NCBI GenBank assembly: GCA_038316995.1
Contig: JBBQAZ010000001.1
Coordinates: 1,281 to 65,280, forward strand
Source: Candidatus Saccharimonadales bacterium
Lineage (GTDB): Bacteria > Patescibacteriota > Saccharimonadia > Saccharimonadales > JAXHNE01
Direction: 5' to 3'
DNA length: 64,000 bases
Shown here: one piece after another, positions 18,469 through 28,656 of the stretch
Layout: each line of letters begins with the position of its first letter
Position numbering within the stretch: the stretch's first letter is position 1
Notes under the pieces: generated by a model
Seen by the model: only the letters and a program-made list of their open reading frames with translations
Databases searched by the model: none
Told to the model about the DNA's origin: nothing
Position numbers and translations under genes: made by a program

Positions 18469-19574
18469 TAACTTGTCCTTTTTAGTAAATACTGAGCCAA
18501 ACCAGTCAAAAAAGCCACGCCATCATTTGACCAAAGTTTTTTGTGGGGCTCAAGCGCTGATATTGCTTGTGCAGCGTGCTGTTTCGCCTGTTGTCGTGAA
18601 TATTCTAGCGCTCCTGACTCTTCGATAATTCTTTTGCACTGTTCGAATTCTACAGGGGAAATATTTTGATTTCCAAGAACCTGGATTAAAAAGTTTTTAT
18701 CAGCTTTACTGGCATGCTCAAGTGCGTACACGGTAAGAAGAGTCCTCTTTCCTTCGCGAATATCGTCCATCGGACTTTTGCCACTCTCTTGTTCAGTTCC
18801 AAATATTCCAAGAATATCGTCTGTAATTTGAAAAGCTTTACCAGCATGCATCGCATAATCGGTGATTGCGTCGGTCGCATGACAATCCGCGTTGGCAAGC
18901 ACCATGCCAACATGTAACGGATTAAGAAATGTATAGTGCGCGGTTTTCCATTCTAGTACGCGGTTGACTGCTGCTTCATCCACATCGGCCACGAGTTCAT
19001 TAACAATGTCATTGGTCTGCCCGTGCGCAGTTATTAACATTGTCTGGTTCATGATACTGAGTAGTTTGATCCGAATTTCTTCGCTACAGTCTAAATTAGC
19101 TAGGATAACTTCTGCCGCGTGTGCACCACCAAGCGCAGAATTAAGAGCTACAGCAATCCCAAAGTGTTCAGCGTCACCAGCCATGTGTTGTTCTTCGTGG
19201 TAGCGTTCTAATAATTTATGCGCAGCTGGACCACCGCGGCGAACAGCAGACCTGTCTTGAATGTCATCAATAATAAGTATGTAAGCTTGCATCATTTCAA
19301 GCGCTCTTGCAGCTTTAAGTGCAAGTTCCATATTTTGGCCGCCAGACATCTCATATCCAAGCATCACAAGTGCTCCACGAATACGCTTGCCACCCCGCGA
19401 TAAAATTTCAAAGTAGGCATCAGATGCAACGCGTGAATACTTCCCGTATTGTTGTAGCGTTGTTTTTGCAACATTTTTTGAATAGTCCGCTATGTCTGCG
19501 TCTATTGCCTCTTTGTATTCACCTAGCTTTGTATTAAAAACAAGCATTTGCAGGTCCTGTGTCATCTGAGTCAT
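18468..19574 (-). CDS. polyprenyl (GGPP/FPP-type) diphosphate synthase
   Basis: FARM is LIIDDIQD and SARM is ITDDILG. Has a 1-nt overlap with the downstream synthase gene. Confidence 0.85.
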   Translation of the reverse strand: MTQMTQDLQMLVFNTKLGEYKEAIDADIADYSKNVAKTTLQQYGKYSRVASDAYFEILSRGGKRIRGALVMLGYEMSGGQNMELALKAARALEMMQAYILIIDDIQDRSAVRRGGPAAHKLLERYHEEQHMAGDAEHFGIAVALNSALGGAHAAEVILANLDCSEEIRIKLLSIMNQTMLITAHGQTNDIVNELVADVDEAAVNRVLEWKTAHYTFLNPLHVGMVLANADCHATDAITDYAMHAGKAFQITDDILGIFGTEQESGKSPMDDIREGKRTLLTVYALEHASKADKNFLIQVLGNQNISPVEFEQCKRIIEESGALEYSRQQAKQHAAQAISALEPHKKLWSNDGVAFLTGLAQYLLKRTS

Positions 19575-19600
19575 TGTTTATCAAGTATACAGTACTACTT

Positions 19601-20164
19601 TTAGTTTATTTCCCTTATTAGCTCACGCAAAGACTCTTTGTATTTATTTAATGATGAGTGATTATTCATAATAAATTTATCAGCTTTTTCTTTTACTGCT
19701 ATAAGGTGTAGACCTCCACCTTGTTTACTTGGAGTCATCTCAGCATCCTGCTGTTTCATGAATTCACTAAAAGAAATCGTGTCAGTGTGTTGATCCCGCG
19801 CTCTACCGGCAATTCTGGAATATCTAATCTTAGGGTCAGCATCAACCCACACCACAACGCCGCCGTACTCGTGAATTTTATCAACCTCGCCAGGTGCGCG
19901 GACGCTCGTTATGCATAGATTGCTTTCTTTTTCTCGGTGCTCACTTATCACTTTACTTACTAGTGCGCCATCACCATCTTTATCACGAATTAACTTACTG
20001 TGATTGCTTAAATTCTCTCGCGTATGCGGTTTGTCTAGTTTGGTTAATTCGCTGCGCAAAAAATCGCTCAGGCTAACTGTTTTAAACCCAAACTCTTGCT
20101 CTAGAACATCTCCCAGAGTATCTTTACCAGAACCATTGGTCCCCGCAACTCCAACAATCTTCAT
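19601..20164 (-). CDS. P-loop nucleoside/nucleotide kinase-like protein
   Basis: Walker A GVAGTNGSGKDT at the N-terminus. 187 aa. Confidence 0.6.
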   Translation of the reverse strand: MKIVGVAGTNGSGKDTLGDVLEQEFGFKTVSLSDFLRSELTKLDKPHTRENLSNHSKLIRDKDGDGALVSKVISEHREKESNLCITSVRAPGEVDKIHEYGGVVVWVDADPKIRYSRIAGRARDQHTDTISFSEFMKQQDAEMTPSKQGGGLHLIAVKEKADKFIMNNHSSLNKYKESLRELIREIN

Positions 20165-20279
20165 CTGTTAATCATATCATGACGACTTAAATTCAGGCTC
20201 TGAAAAACAGAAAGAAATAAACTGAAAGCTAGCAAGTTAAGTCGCAACTCTGCCCCGATCGAGCATAATTCAAAGCTGG

Positions 20280-20311
20280 AGACACCTTGGCGACGCTGCA
20301 GCGCGGTGTCT
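20280..20311 (-). terminator. hairpin downstream of rpoD (AGACACC..GGTGTCT)
   Basis: 7-bp GC-rich stem, about 85 nt past the rpoD stop. The U-tract is weak. Confidence 0.3.
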
Positions 20312-20394
20312 TTAGCTTATTTCTGCTCCGATTTTTCAACTGCCTGACGGCTTTTGGCTTCCGTTTTGCTGGACCAAAATGGAAGAAAGATTAT

Positions 20395-21534
20395 TTACTT
20401 AATATAGTCGTGGAGTTTTTTGCTATCACGGTGCTTGCGTAACTTTGTAAGTGCCTTTGCTTCAATTTGGCGAATGCGCTCACGGGTTACACTAAATTCC
20501 TGCCCTACTTCTTCAAGTGTGTGGCTTTTACCGTCTTCCAGTCCAAAGCGTAGTTTTAGAATTTTTTGTTCACGTTCAGTTAGGCTTCCTAGCATTTCTT
20601 TGACATGTTCTTTTAATAGCTGACCAGTTGCAGATTCTTCTGGAGTTACGGTGTCTTCGTCTTCGATAAAATCACCAAGTACCGAGTCTTCTTCGTCGTC
20701 ACGCACACTTGCATCAAGACTAGAAATATCTTGCTTGATTTTCATAATATGCACAACTTTTTCAACTTCGATTTCCATCTCTTTAGCGATCTCTTCGTTA
20801 GTTGGTTCGCGGTTCATTTCTTGAGTAAGTCGACGCTGCGTACGGAGCAATTTGTTGATTGTCTCTACCATGTGCACAGGAATACGAATGGTCCGGGCTT
20901 GGTCGGCAATCGCTCTGGTAATCGCCTGTCGAATCCACCATGTTGCGTAGGTAGAGAATTTAAATCCTTTGTCAGGATCAAATTTTTCAACTGCGCGTAG
21001 TAACCCAGTATTCCCTTCTTGGATCAAATCTAGCAAATCAAGTCCACGCCCAACGTACCGTTTTGCGATAGACACAACTAGACGCATGTTGGCTTCTGCC
21101 ATTTCATCTTTTGCTTTTCTATCACCGGCTACAACACGTTGTGCAAGCGCCAATTCCTCTGGTGCCGTAAGTAGTGGAATCTTGCCGATTTCACGCAGGT
21201 ATAATCTTACTGAATCATCAGAAATATCATCCAAATAAGCTTTTTTAGCTGACTTTTCATCAACATCATCTTCGTCGTCATCGCCTTCCCAGCCGTCTTT
21301 GATATCTTTTTCTTTGCCACTCGTTATGTCTATATTTTGCTCTGAAAGAAGTGTATATAGCTCGTCTAATATCTCAACGTTTGACGGGGTGTCAGGAATA
21401 ACATTAAAGATATCCTTTTGATCAATTGCTCCGTCTTTTTTTGCTTTTTTAAATAAATCGTCTTTGATTTGCTGCAAAGTAACTTCGGTCTGTTCAACCT
21501 TAACTTTACTCGTTGATTTCTTCGCTTTTGCCAC
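20395..21534 (-). CDS. rpoD: primary sigma factor RpoD
   Basis: Region 2.4 is [16 protein letters not shown]. Region 4.2 is [24 protein letters not shown]. The N-terminal region is acidic. Confidence 0.9.
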   Translation of the reverse strand: MAKAKKSTSKVKVEQTEVTLQQIKDDLFKKAKKDGAIDQKDIFNVIPDTPSNVEILDELYTLLSEQNIDITSGKEKDIKDGWEGDDDEDDVDEKSAKKAYLDDISDDSVRLYLREIGKIPLLTAPEELALAQRVVAGDRKAKDEMAEANMRLVVSIAKRYVGRGLDLLDLIQEGNTGLLRAVEKFDPDKGFKFSTYATWWIRQAITRAIADQARTIRIPVHMVETINKLLRTQRRLTQEMNREPTNEEIAKEMEIEVEKVVHIMKIKQDISSLDASVRDDEEDSVLGDFIEDEDTVTPEESATGQLLKEHVKEMLGSLTEREQKILKLRFGLEDGKSHTLEEVGQEFSVTRERIRQIEAKALTKLRKHRDSKKLHDYIK

Positions 21535-21545
21535 TCGTAACTCCT

Positions 21546-23300
21546 CTATTGATTGATTCGCATTTGGTCAAGTCGCCGAGCTTCCTCTAGCAACTCTTTC
21601 GTTCGTTCTTCGTTTGCATCTCCCAATTCCTTGGTGATTACAATTTTTTTAGTTTTCACATACTGTGATGTCAAACGAAGTTTCAGGCGAGCGACTTCAT
21701 TTCGAAGTTCAAGAAGCTCTAGTCCCTGGTATAGCTCTTCGTATTGCAATCCTAAGATTTTAACATAATCTGTGAGTTCCTTCAATCCTTTAGCCTCTTT
21801 AGGATCACCCTTAAACTCTTTATTTTCCTTCAGAAATGCATGAAGCTGTTTGGCGCTATCAGTTGCAAGTATGTCTGCAGTGAACTCGTCAATAACATAA
21901 CGCAGTGCTGGCTGCAACAATATAAGTGCCAGCAAATGATCCTGTATTTTTAGTAATTCTATCTGTTCTTTAACTATCTGTTGGTCTTTTGGTTGATTAG
22001 ATTTTTTAAGTCTTACTGGCTTTTCTGGATTCTCTTCAAACTTAGTCCTGAGCGCCTCTGCGCTCACTTTAATTTCTTCTGCCAAGACCTGAATGTAATG
22101 ATCCTGTTCTACCGGATCTTTGAGCCCCCTGATGGTAGTCATGAGCGAATCTGTAAACCGTCGCTTACCCTCTGCGTTGTTCACATCAAACTGAGCCTTT
22201 TTGCGTTCTATCAGCCAGTCAAGTGCATACTCATTTTGTTCAATCGTTTTTTCCCACAATTTTGGGTCTTTTTTAATTAGTTCATCTGGGTCTTTGCCGG
22301 ATGGGACGGTAATAATACTTAGGTTTACTTTAGCCTCGCTTGCCAGTGGAATAGTTCGCTCTGCAGCGCGTAATCCGGCATCGTCTTGGTCAAAAGCTAT
22401 GCGTACATCGTCTGTAAAACGACCGATGGTTTTCAGATGCATTGGTGTCATTGCAGTTCCCGCTGTGGCCACAACTTCTGCAATACCAGCCTGGTGACTA
22501 GCTATAACGTCTAGGTTTCCCTCTACCATCACCACTCGCTTCTTTTTTCGAATCGCTTCCTTTGCAAGGTGTAAGCCGTAGACATGGCGTCCCTTATCAT
22601 AAAGCAAAGTCTGGGGCGTGTTTAGGTATTTTGGGGCATTTGGTGCATCTTCTAAAAGTCTAGCCGTAAAGCCAATAACTTTACCAACAGAATCCATGAG
22701 AGGGATCATAATCCTTCCCCGAAACATATCACTTGGTGTTTTAAATCGCGTGCTCACAAGTCCACTTTTTGCTATCTCTTCATCTGTAAAATTCTTTTTG
22801 TGCAAATAATCTGCTAGTGCTCGTCCGTTATTTGGCGCGTAGCCAATCTTGAACTGCAAAACTACCTCTTTGGTAAATTTTCGTTGCTTAAAAATATAAT
22901 CTATTGCCGCTTCGTGCTTAGAAAACTGTACTTGATAAAACTTAGTCGCGACTTCATTTGCTTCAAGTAGTCGATCTTTTAGTTTGCTGGTGTCTTTATA
23001 GGTATTACTTCTGTACTGCGCCATATCAATCCCGGCTTTGCGGGCAAGAAGTTCCAGCGCACCTTTAAAATCAAGTCCTTCCATTTCCATGACAAAGCTG
23101 AACATGTTCCCACCTTTATTAGAGCTAAAATCGTGCCAAATCTGTTTTTCTGGGCTCACCATAAAACTAGCAGTCTTTTCTGCACTAAACGGACTCAGGC
23201 CTTTAAAGTTTCGGCCAGAACGTTTTAGTTGCACGTACTCACCAAGGACGTCTTCTATCGCCAAGCGATCTTTAATGTCATCCACAGCACTGTTATTCAT
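21546..23300 (-). CDS. dnaG: DNA primase
   Basis: TOPRIM motifs VMVEGNLDV and FDQDDAG. Sits in the usual dnaG-rpoD operon order. The zinc-ribbon ligands are substituted (see findings). Confidence 0.9.
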   Translation of the reverse strand: MNNSAVDDIKDRLAIEDVLGEYVQLKRSGRNFKGLSPFSAEKTASFMVSPEKQIWHDFSSNKGGNMFSFVMEMEGLDFKGALELLARKAGIDMAQYRSNTYKDTSKLKDRLLEANEVATKFYQVQFSKHEAAIDYIFKQRKFTKEVVLQFKIGYAPNNGRALADYLHKKNFTDEEIAKSGLVSTRFKTPSDMFRGRIMIPLMDSVGKVIGFTARLLEDAPNAPKYLNTPQTLLYDKGRHVYGLHLAKEAIRKKKRVVMVEGNLDVIASHQAGIAEVVATAGTAMTPMHLKTIGRFTDDVRIAFDQDDAGLRAAERTIPLASEAKVNLSIITVPSGKDPDELIKKDPKLWEKTIEQNEYALDWLIERKKAQFDVNNAEGKRRFTDSLMTTIRGLKDPVEQDHYIQVLAEEIKVSAEALRTKFEENPEKPVRLKKSNQPKDQQIVKEQIELLKIQDHLLALILLQPALRYVIDEFTADILATDSAKQLHAFLKENKEFKGDPKEAKGLKELTDYVKILGLQYEELYQGLELLELRNEVARLKLRLTSQYVKTKKIVITKELGDANEERTKELLEEARRLDQMRINQ

Positions 23301-23523
23301 CAGAACTTCGCGCCGCAGTACTAGCTACAAAGCAAAGCTTTGCATCTTGCACTTCTTTTTGTGCATTGCTGCGTCAAAATGCTGCGCTACTCCCTTCACT
23401 GTATTTAAATACACCTCGGTGCGTTGCTCGCAGTTTCCTTGCACTGCTTCAAAACGCGAAGGCTCTAAGGTATATTGTACGCTACTCTGTTAGTCTTGTG
23501 CTGCTTGTGGTTAAATAGAGGTT

Positions 23524-24102
23524 ATGCAGCCAAATCAACCTAACCCTGACTACTCATTCTTGAACAACGCCCCTACCCAAGCTGGACCAAGCAAGAGAAA
23601 GCGAATCATGATTGTTGCTGGTGGAGCTGCAGTGCTGCTTATCATTATATTTATTGGAATTTTCGTTTTATTCGGTGGTGGCGACTCCTCAAGTACTTCT
23701 CTCAACATTGCCCAGAAGCACACCGAACTCATACGAGTGTCTGAACTAGGGCAAAAAACAGCCCGCGGTCAAGCTGCTAAAAATATTGCCACAACCACAA
23801 ACCTCACCCTTCTATCTTCGCAGGCACAAATAAACGCAATCGCAAGTAAAGATCAAAAAGTTGCCACAAAATTACTAAAAGCTGGCCAAGATGCAAAAAC
23901 AGATACTACTCTTACTGAAGCAGAGCAGCGCAGCCAGTTTGACGAAGTATTTATTGACCTACTGGTTGGTGAAATCAAAGAATACCAGATTGAATTAAAA
24001 AAGGCTTATGAATCATCAAACTCTAAAAAGAATAAAGAAACTTACAGCACCCTCTACGATAATCTTAATAAAATTGTAAGCGCCACAGAACTCAGCCAAT
24101 AA
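23524..24102 (+). CDS. membrane-anchored hypothetical protein
   Basis: 192 aa with one TM helix (IMIVAGGAAVLLIIIFIGIFVLF). An AGAGG Shine-Dalgarno lies upstream. Confidence 0.6.
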   Translation: MQPNQPNPDYSFLNNAPTQAGPSKRKRIMIVAGGAAVLLIIIFIGIFVLFGGGDSSSTSLNIAQKHTELIRVSELGQKTARGQAAKNIATTTNLTLLSSQAQINAIASKDQKVATKLLKAGQDAKTDTTLTEAEQRSQFDEVFIDLLVGEIKEYQIELKKAYESSNSKKNKETYSTLYDNLNKIVSATELSQ

Positions 24103-24195
24103 TCTATTCTTAGAATCTGCCCGCGCTTATGAGTCTTTTCAGGAACACGATTTCTTCATTGCCTCTTACTTAGTCAACACAAGAAAGAAGATTAA

Positions 24196-24540
24196 TCAGC
24201 CTATTTCTGGAATATCCCCACCGGTTTTTGCCACCAAATCATAGCTATGTCGAATCAATCCCTGAACTTCCTCCCATGGCAATTGTCCTGTAAGAATAAT
24301 GGTGTTCCAGTGTTTTTTATTCAGATGATAGCCTTCCATGACTGTCTCGTACTTTTCACGCAATATCAAAGAAAGCTGCGGGTCACATTTAAGACTAATA
24401 CTCACCGGATCCTTGCCTTCAGCAATGAGCGCAAACATTTTGCCATCAGATTTATATACAGCGACTTCCTCGCCAAACGGATAATCCAACTCCGCATTTG
24501 GCATGGATAATACATACTGCTCTACTTCTTTATGCTTCAT
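24196..24540 (-). CDS. MmcQ/YjbR family protein
   Basis: YjbR-like DYPFGEEVAVYKSDGKMFALI. I preferred the ATG at 24540 over the TTG at 24549. Confidence 0.65.
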   Translation of the reverse strand: MKHKEVEQYVLSMPNAELDYPFGEEVAVYKSDGKMFALIAEGKDPVSISLKCDPQLSLILREKYETVMEGYHLNKKHWNTIILTGQLPWEEVQGLIRHSYDLVAKTGGDIPEIG

Positions 24541-24541
24541 A

Positions 24542-25099
24542 CTAATCAACTTTTTTCATAAATTCTATGTAGTGTTCTAACTCGGCTATCGAAGCTTGAA
24601 TATCATCATAGGCGCGGTGTGGATTGGCTTTTTCAAACACTTCCCCATATTTGCCCTGCACCAACAACTTAAAGCTACTTACGTCTAGCATTCGGTAATG
24701 CAACTTTAAATCGAGTGACGGCCACCATTTTTTAATAAAACCACGATCAGAATGAATTGAGTTCCCTGCCAATATCGCTGGCTCATTGCCAAAATGCCTT
24801 TTTAGCAGTACGATCAGCTCGTCTTCTACCACACCAAGCGGCAGTGCATCGTCTAGTCCATCAAGAAACGTATCACGATTATGCGGATAATCTGCCCACC
24901 AAGTATTAGCCTGGAATCGCTTAACTACAGTTTGGCGATTTCCGCCGCGTACCATTGCCTCGTAACTCTCTAGTGTCTTAAAATTAAAGTCTGTTACTTC
25001 TACGGCAACTTCTAAAATCACATCCTTTTCTGGATCCAATCCCGTCATCTCTAAATCTACCCAAAATAATTTCTCTGGTATCTTCTCAAGTTTTGCCAC
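24542..25099 (-). CDS. orn: oligoribonuclease
   Basis: DEDDh motifs WVDLEMTGLDP and NSIHSDRGFI. Confidence 0.9.
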   Translation of the reverse strand: MAKLEKIPEKLFWVDLEMTGLDPEKDVILEVAVEVTDFNFKTLESYEAMVRGGNRQTVVKRFQANTWWADYPHNRDTFLDGLDDALPLGVVEDELIVLLKRHFGNEPAILAGNSIHSDRGFIKKWWPSLDLKLHYRMLDVSSFKLLVQGKYGEVFEKANPHRAYDDIQASIAELEHYIEFMKKVD

Positions 25100-25766
25100 G
25101 TGTTTTGCCTCCTGAAACTTTCGGGTTTAGTTTAACAAACTTATTAGTCCACCGCGATACTAGCCCCTGGTTATTGCCAAATATTTTTTGTGCTCCAATT
25201 ACCGCAATAATCACCGCACCTATACTATCAACAACCAGGTCCCACATGGTATCTTGTAGACTACCTTTCTGTAAATCCCCACCTGCAAGCCCATCTACGG
25301 CAAATTCAAATATCTCCCATAATGCGCCCATCGCTACGGCAAAACTCACAATAGCAAGACCAACGAATAATTTTGAAGCTTGCAGTCGGTTGTCTTTAAC
25401 CATGATGTACAAAATTAAAAAAGCAACGAACCCTAAGATAAATCCTGAGCTTGTGTGCAGTGCGGCATCCCACCACCAAAAACGCTCGTAAGCCTCACCT
25501 ACTTTGCCCAAAAATACACTCGCAAACATAAAAACTACAAGTACAAACTCATACTCTATTGGTAGTTTTATATTTGCCTGAGATCTAATAATTCTAGGAA
25601 TAAACATCAGTAATAATGCCAACATGCTATATAGAACTGCACCGTATTCCTGAAAATAAAGCGCAAAACCAATTGCTATAAACACGGAAATTTTTAGAAT
25701 TTTTAAGATAAAATACTGTACTTTATCGTCTAGCGTGACAACCGCAGGATTTGAATTGTTTCCCAT
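25086..25766 (-). CDS. polytopic membrane protein (family not assigned)
   Basis: 226 aa with about 6 predicted hydrophobic helices. Confidence 0.6.
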   Translation of the reverse strand: MGNNSNPAVVTLDDKVQYFILKILKISVFIAIGFALYFQEYGAVLYSMLALLLMFIPRIIRSQANIKLPIEYEFVLVVFMFASVFLGKVGEAYERFWWWDAALHTSSGFILGFVAFLILYIMVKDNRLQASKLFVGLAIVSFAVAMGALWEIFEFAVDGLAGGDLQKGSLQDTMWDLVVDSIGAVIIAVIGAQKIFGNNQGLVSRWTNKFVKLNPKVSGGKTRGKT

Positions 25767-25809
25767 GATTTAATCAGTATAGATGATTTTAACTATAGAT
25801 GTTGTCAAT

Positions 25810-27030
25810 CTATTCTAGATTTTTTAAGGTTTCTTGCCAGCGAGCACGAGTTTCTATTGCGGCTTTAAGGTCTGGCGTGGCTTTTTGAGTCAGCTCGCGG
25901 TAACCCGTGCTACTCCCAACGGCTTGGTAGCTAAGTGTGATATCAACCTTTTTCAGTTCTAGATCTTTGGCAAGTTCAAGACAATTATCTCCTCGCACTT
26001 CGCAGGTTCTACCTAAATCAAGCCAGGCTTGTACATTTTTATCGTAGTTTATCGTCATCTCGGCATCTATACTCAGTCCTCTGTTTGTCTCCGAATCAAG
26101 TTGGTCAAAAATAAAATTACCGGTTGAATAGACTACTAACTTTCCTTTGTAAGATTCGGTATTTTGTACCCAGTGAGCACTGTTTTCTATCACAAATTCT
26201 GGATCGTGATCGTCTATTAAATCATGGGCAATTGCGATTTGCTTAGGGTCGGCATTTGGACGATATTCTACCCCAACCTGAGAAAACGCAAACACAGGCA
26301 TAATTTCTGCATACTTGTCCATTTCTGCTAGCTCTCCTGGAGCTGGATCTTTTTCAAAATAGTGCCATGCGCAAAACGCAATTGGAAGCGTTCCGTCTTC
26401 TTCGGTTCCGTCCTTTTTTTGCAAGCGAACTTTCATGGCAATGACTTCACAGATTTCATCTGTTTCGCGTGGGTCCCAGTGACCGACAGTTTGGATTCCT
26501 GCTGATTCTAAGAATCGCACCGTATCTGTGTAGCCTTCATCGCCCTGGTCACGAGTATGATTGTTTGCAACATTTGCCACAGTAAAATGTTTTGCGAGTT
26601 CAGGCGCGAACTCATCCGGACAATTGAAGACAGTGTTTTGGACCTGTGTTTGATATGGAATATCATTCTGGGTCATTGGGCATTCAAAATCGACCATCCA
26701 GCCATCATATTGATCTGGATTAAAAGTATCAAGCTTGCTAAATGGCTGTGCATAATCAACACTTCCATCTGCACGACGTGCTTCGTTTTCAACTGCTCGC
26801 GCCGGCACAATTGTTCCACTAAACAAATACCTGCCTTTTACAGATACGATGTCTGATTCAGCAGTGGTATTCTGTTGGTTGTTTGCATGCGTTTGTTCTG
26901 GCTCAGTTGTGCCGCGATTTTGCCACGAAAACAGGCCAATACCAATCGCAACAATTAACACTCCAATTATTGCTGCTTTGAGCCGCTCAGGATGCGAACT
27001 ATCACCATGTGCATATTTTTTCGCCCTCAT
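25810..27030 (-). CDS. CapA-like (metallophosphatase-fold) envelope protein, membrane anchored
   Basis: CapA-like VANNHTRDQG and ENSAHW, with an N-terminal TM helix. I chose the start at MRAKKY (27030) because a TATACT box lies 8 nt upstream. The ORF track extends to 27105. Confidence 0.7.
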   Translation of the reverse strand: MRAKKYAHGDSSHPERLKAAIIGVLIVAIGIGLFSWQNRGTTEPEQTHANNQQNTTAESDIVSVKGRYLFSGTIVPARAVENEARRADGSVDYAQPFSKLDTFNPDQYDGWMVDFECPMTQNDIPYQTQVQNTVFNCPDEFAPELAKHFTVANVANNHTRDQGDEGYTDTVRFLESAGIQTVGHWDPRETDEICEVIAMKVRLQKKDGTEEDGTLPIAFCAWHYFEKDPAPGELAEMDKYAEIMPVFAFSQVGVEYRPNADPKQIAIAHDLIDDHDPEFVIENSAHWVQNTESYKGKLVVYSTGNFIFDQLDSETNRGLSIDAEMTINYDKNVQAWLDLGRTCEVRGDNCLELAKDLELKKVDITLSYQAVGSSTGYRELTQKATPDLKAAIETRARWQETLKNLE

Positions 27031-27038
27031 ATCTATGT

Positions 27039-27046
27039 AGTATAGT
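27039..27046. promoter_or_regulatory. overlapping divergent -10 boxes in a 23-bp intergenic spacer
   Basis: Plus-strand TATAGT (27041-27046) lies 7 nt before ATG 27054. Minus-strand TATACT (27039-27044) lies 8 nt before ATG 27030. Confidence 0.45.
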
Positions 27047-27053
27047 AGCAGAT

Positions 27054-27902
27054 ATGAGACGAAGAGTTTTAATTTTATTAGGGGTGATAGCATTGGCAAC
27101 TGCAATTTTTATTGCCTATATTTTATTAAAACCGCACAAAGTAACTAGCCCGTCATTACAAACACAAACATTAGAAGAAGTGACGCAACCCTCTATACCA
27201 GAAAAACCAGCCCTGGTTGATGTTCAGCCGATCATTGATACCTGGGCAGCAAAACAAACCGGAGATTATTCAGTTGTGGTCTACGACTTAGAAAACGATC
27301 AAACAATTGGTGCTGTAAATCAGGATCAAATATATTTTGCAGCCAGCATTTATAAATTATACGTAGCATACGAAGGCTACTTGGCTGCACAGCGCGGAGA
27401 CTACGATTTGCAAGAAATATATCTGAACGGCCAAAGTCGTGGGGAATGTTTATTTAAAATGATCCACGAATCAGATAGCCCCTGTGCTGAAAAACTCTGG
27501 GTTGAGCTTGGAAAATCTGAGCTGACTGCAAAACTAGAAACTTACGGCATCAAGAACACCTCAATGACCGCAATTAACACCACGGCTCAAGATGCTGCGC
27601 TGCAGCTTATTCGTCTCTGGAATAACGACGAATTAAATGAAGCAAATAAGGCTACAATGCTCAAATCTATGGCAACGCAAATTTACCGCGACTCACTTGC
27701 CAAAGGCTTTAGCAGTGTTACATTTTATGACAAAGTTGGCTTTAATGGTTTCGAAGAATATCATGATGTTGGTATATTAGAGCTTCCAAATGGACGACAT
27801 TACGTCGTGAGCGTATTAACAAGCGAAGTCGGCACGGCTGCAATGACTGAACTCGGTACAAAATTATTAGCAGCGCTGACAGATGAATCAACGACTGAAT
27901 AA
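27054..27902 (+). CDS. class A beta-lactamase-like serine hydrolase, membrane anchored
   Basis: SxxK in AASIYK, an SDN-like SDS, and a KTG-like KVG. N-terminal TM helix. I chose the start at MRRRVLILLG. Confidence 0.7.
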   Translation: MRRRVLILLGVIALATAIFIAYILLKPHKVTSPSLQTQTLEEVTQPSIPEKPALVDVQPIIDTWAAKQTGDYSVVVYDLENDQTIGAVNQDQIYFAASIYKLYVAYEGYLAAQRGDYDLQEIYLNGQSRGECLFKMIHESDSPCAEKLWVELGKSELTAKLETYGIKNTSMTAINTTAQDAALQLIRLWNNDELNEANKATMLKSMATQIYRDSLAKGFSSVTFYDKVGFNGFEEYHDVGILELPNGRHYVVSVLTSEVGTAAMTELGTKLLAALTDESTTE

Positions 27903-28656
27903 AAAAACTTTAACTCTCGGGGCGATTGTAATCGTTATTTTGGTTGTTACTTTTTTTGTACTCACTTCTAGAAAGAAAAGTATTAAGCCAAGTCCAGTGA
28001 ACACACAACAAGCAACCTTAGACAAGCCAGAAGAGGTAGTTGAACAAGAACCAAATACAGCCCAAATACCCTCTTATGACCTGACTACACCAAGCAGTAT
28101 TACTTTCATTGCCAACAAGACACGCCCCTTGCCTGCAAGCTACGAACCCACAGATCTGATAACTCCAGATGTAAAATTGCGTCTTGGTGCTGGTGCAGAA
28201 CAAATGCAGTTTAGGAACGTTGCACATGCAGATATAAAGGAGATGTTTACAGCTGCAAAGAATGACGGGGTAACATTAGTATTTGGAAGTGGTTACCGAT
28301 CATACTCGTTGCAGAAACAATTTTATGACGGATATGTAGCACGTGACGGCGTTGCAGCTGCAGACAGTTACAGTGCTAGGCCTGGGACCAGCGAACATCA
28401 AACTGGATTATCGTTTGACGCGACCTCCGTTTCACAAACCTGCCACTTAGAAATCTGTTTTGAAAACACGACCGAAGGCAAATGGCTAGCTGCCAATGCC
28501 CACGAATACGGCTTTGTGCTTCGCTACCCCAACGGCAAAGAAGCTATCACCGGCTACCAATACGAACCTTGGCACTTCCGTTACCTAGGTCTAGAACTAG
28601 CATCAAAAATTAATACATCAGAAAAAACAGTCGAAGAATTTTTTGAATTAAATTAA
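27883..28656 (+). CDS. VanY/M15B D-alanyl-D-alanine carboxypeptidase
   Basis: Motifs SEHQTGLSFD and EPWHFRY. N-terminal TM helix. Confidence 0.85.
   Translation: MNQRLNKKTLTLGAIVIVILVVTFFVLTSRKKSIKPSPVNTQQATLDKPEEVVEQEPNTAQIPSYDLTTPSSITFIANKTRPLPASYEPTDLITPDVKLRLGAGAEQMQFRNVAHADIKEMFTAAKNDGVTLVFGSGYRSYSLQKQFYDGYVARDGVAAADSYSARPGTSEHQTGLSFDATSVSQTCHLEICFENTTEGKWLAANAHEYGFVLRYPNGKEAITGYQYEPWHFRYLGLELASKINTSEKTVEEFFELN

Noticed and set aside
23038-23493. 151-aa plus-strand ORF running from inside dnaG into the dnaG upstream intergenic region.
   Set aside because: Most of it is antisense to the conserved dnaG N-terminus. The remainder covers a promoter region. I saw no Shine-Dalgarno or -10 context.
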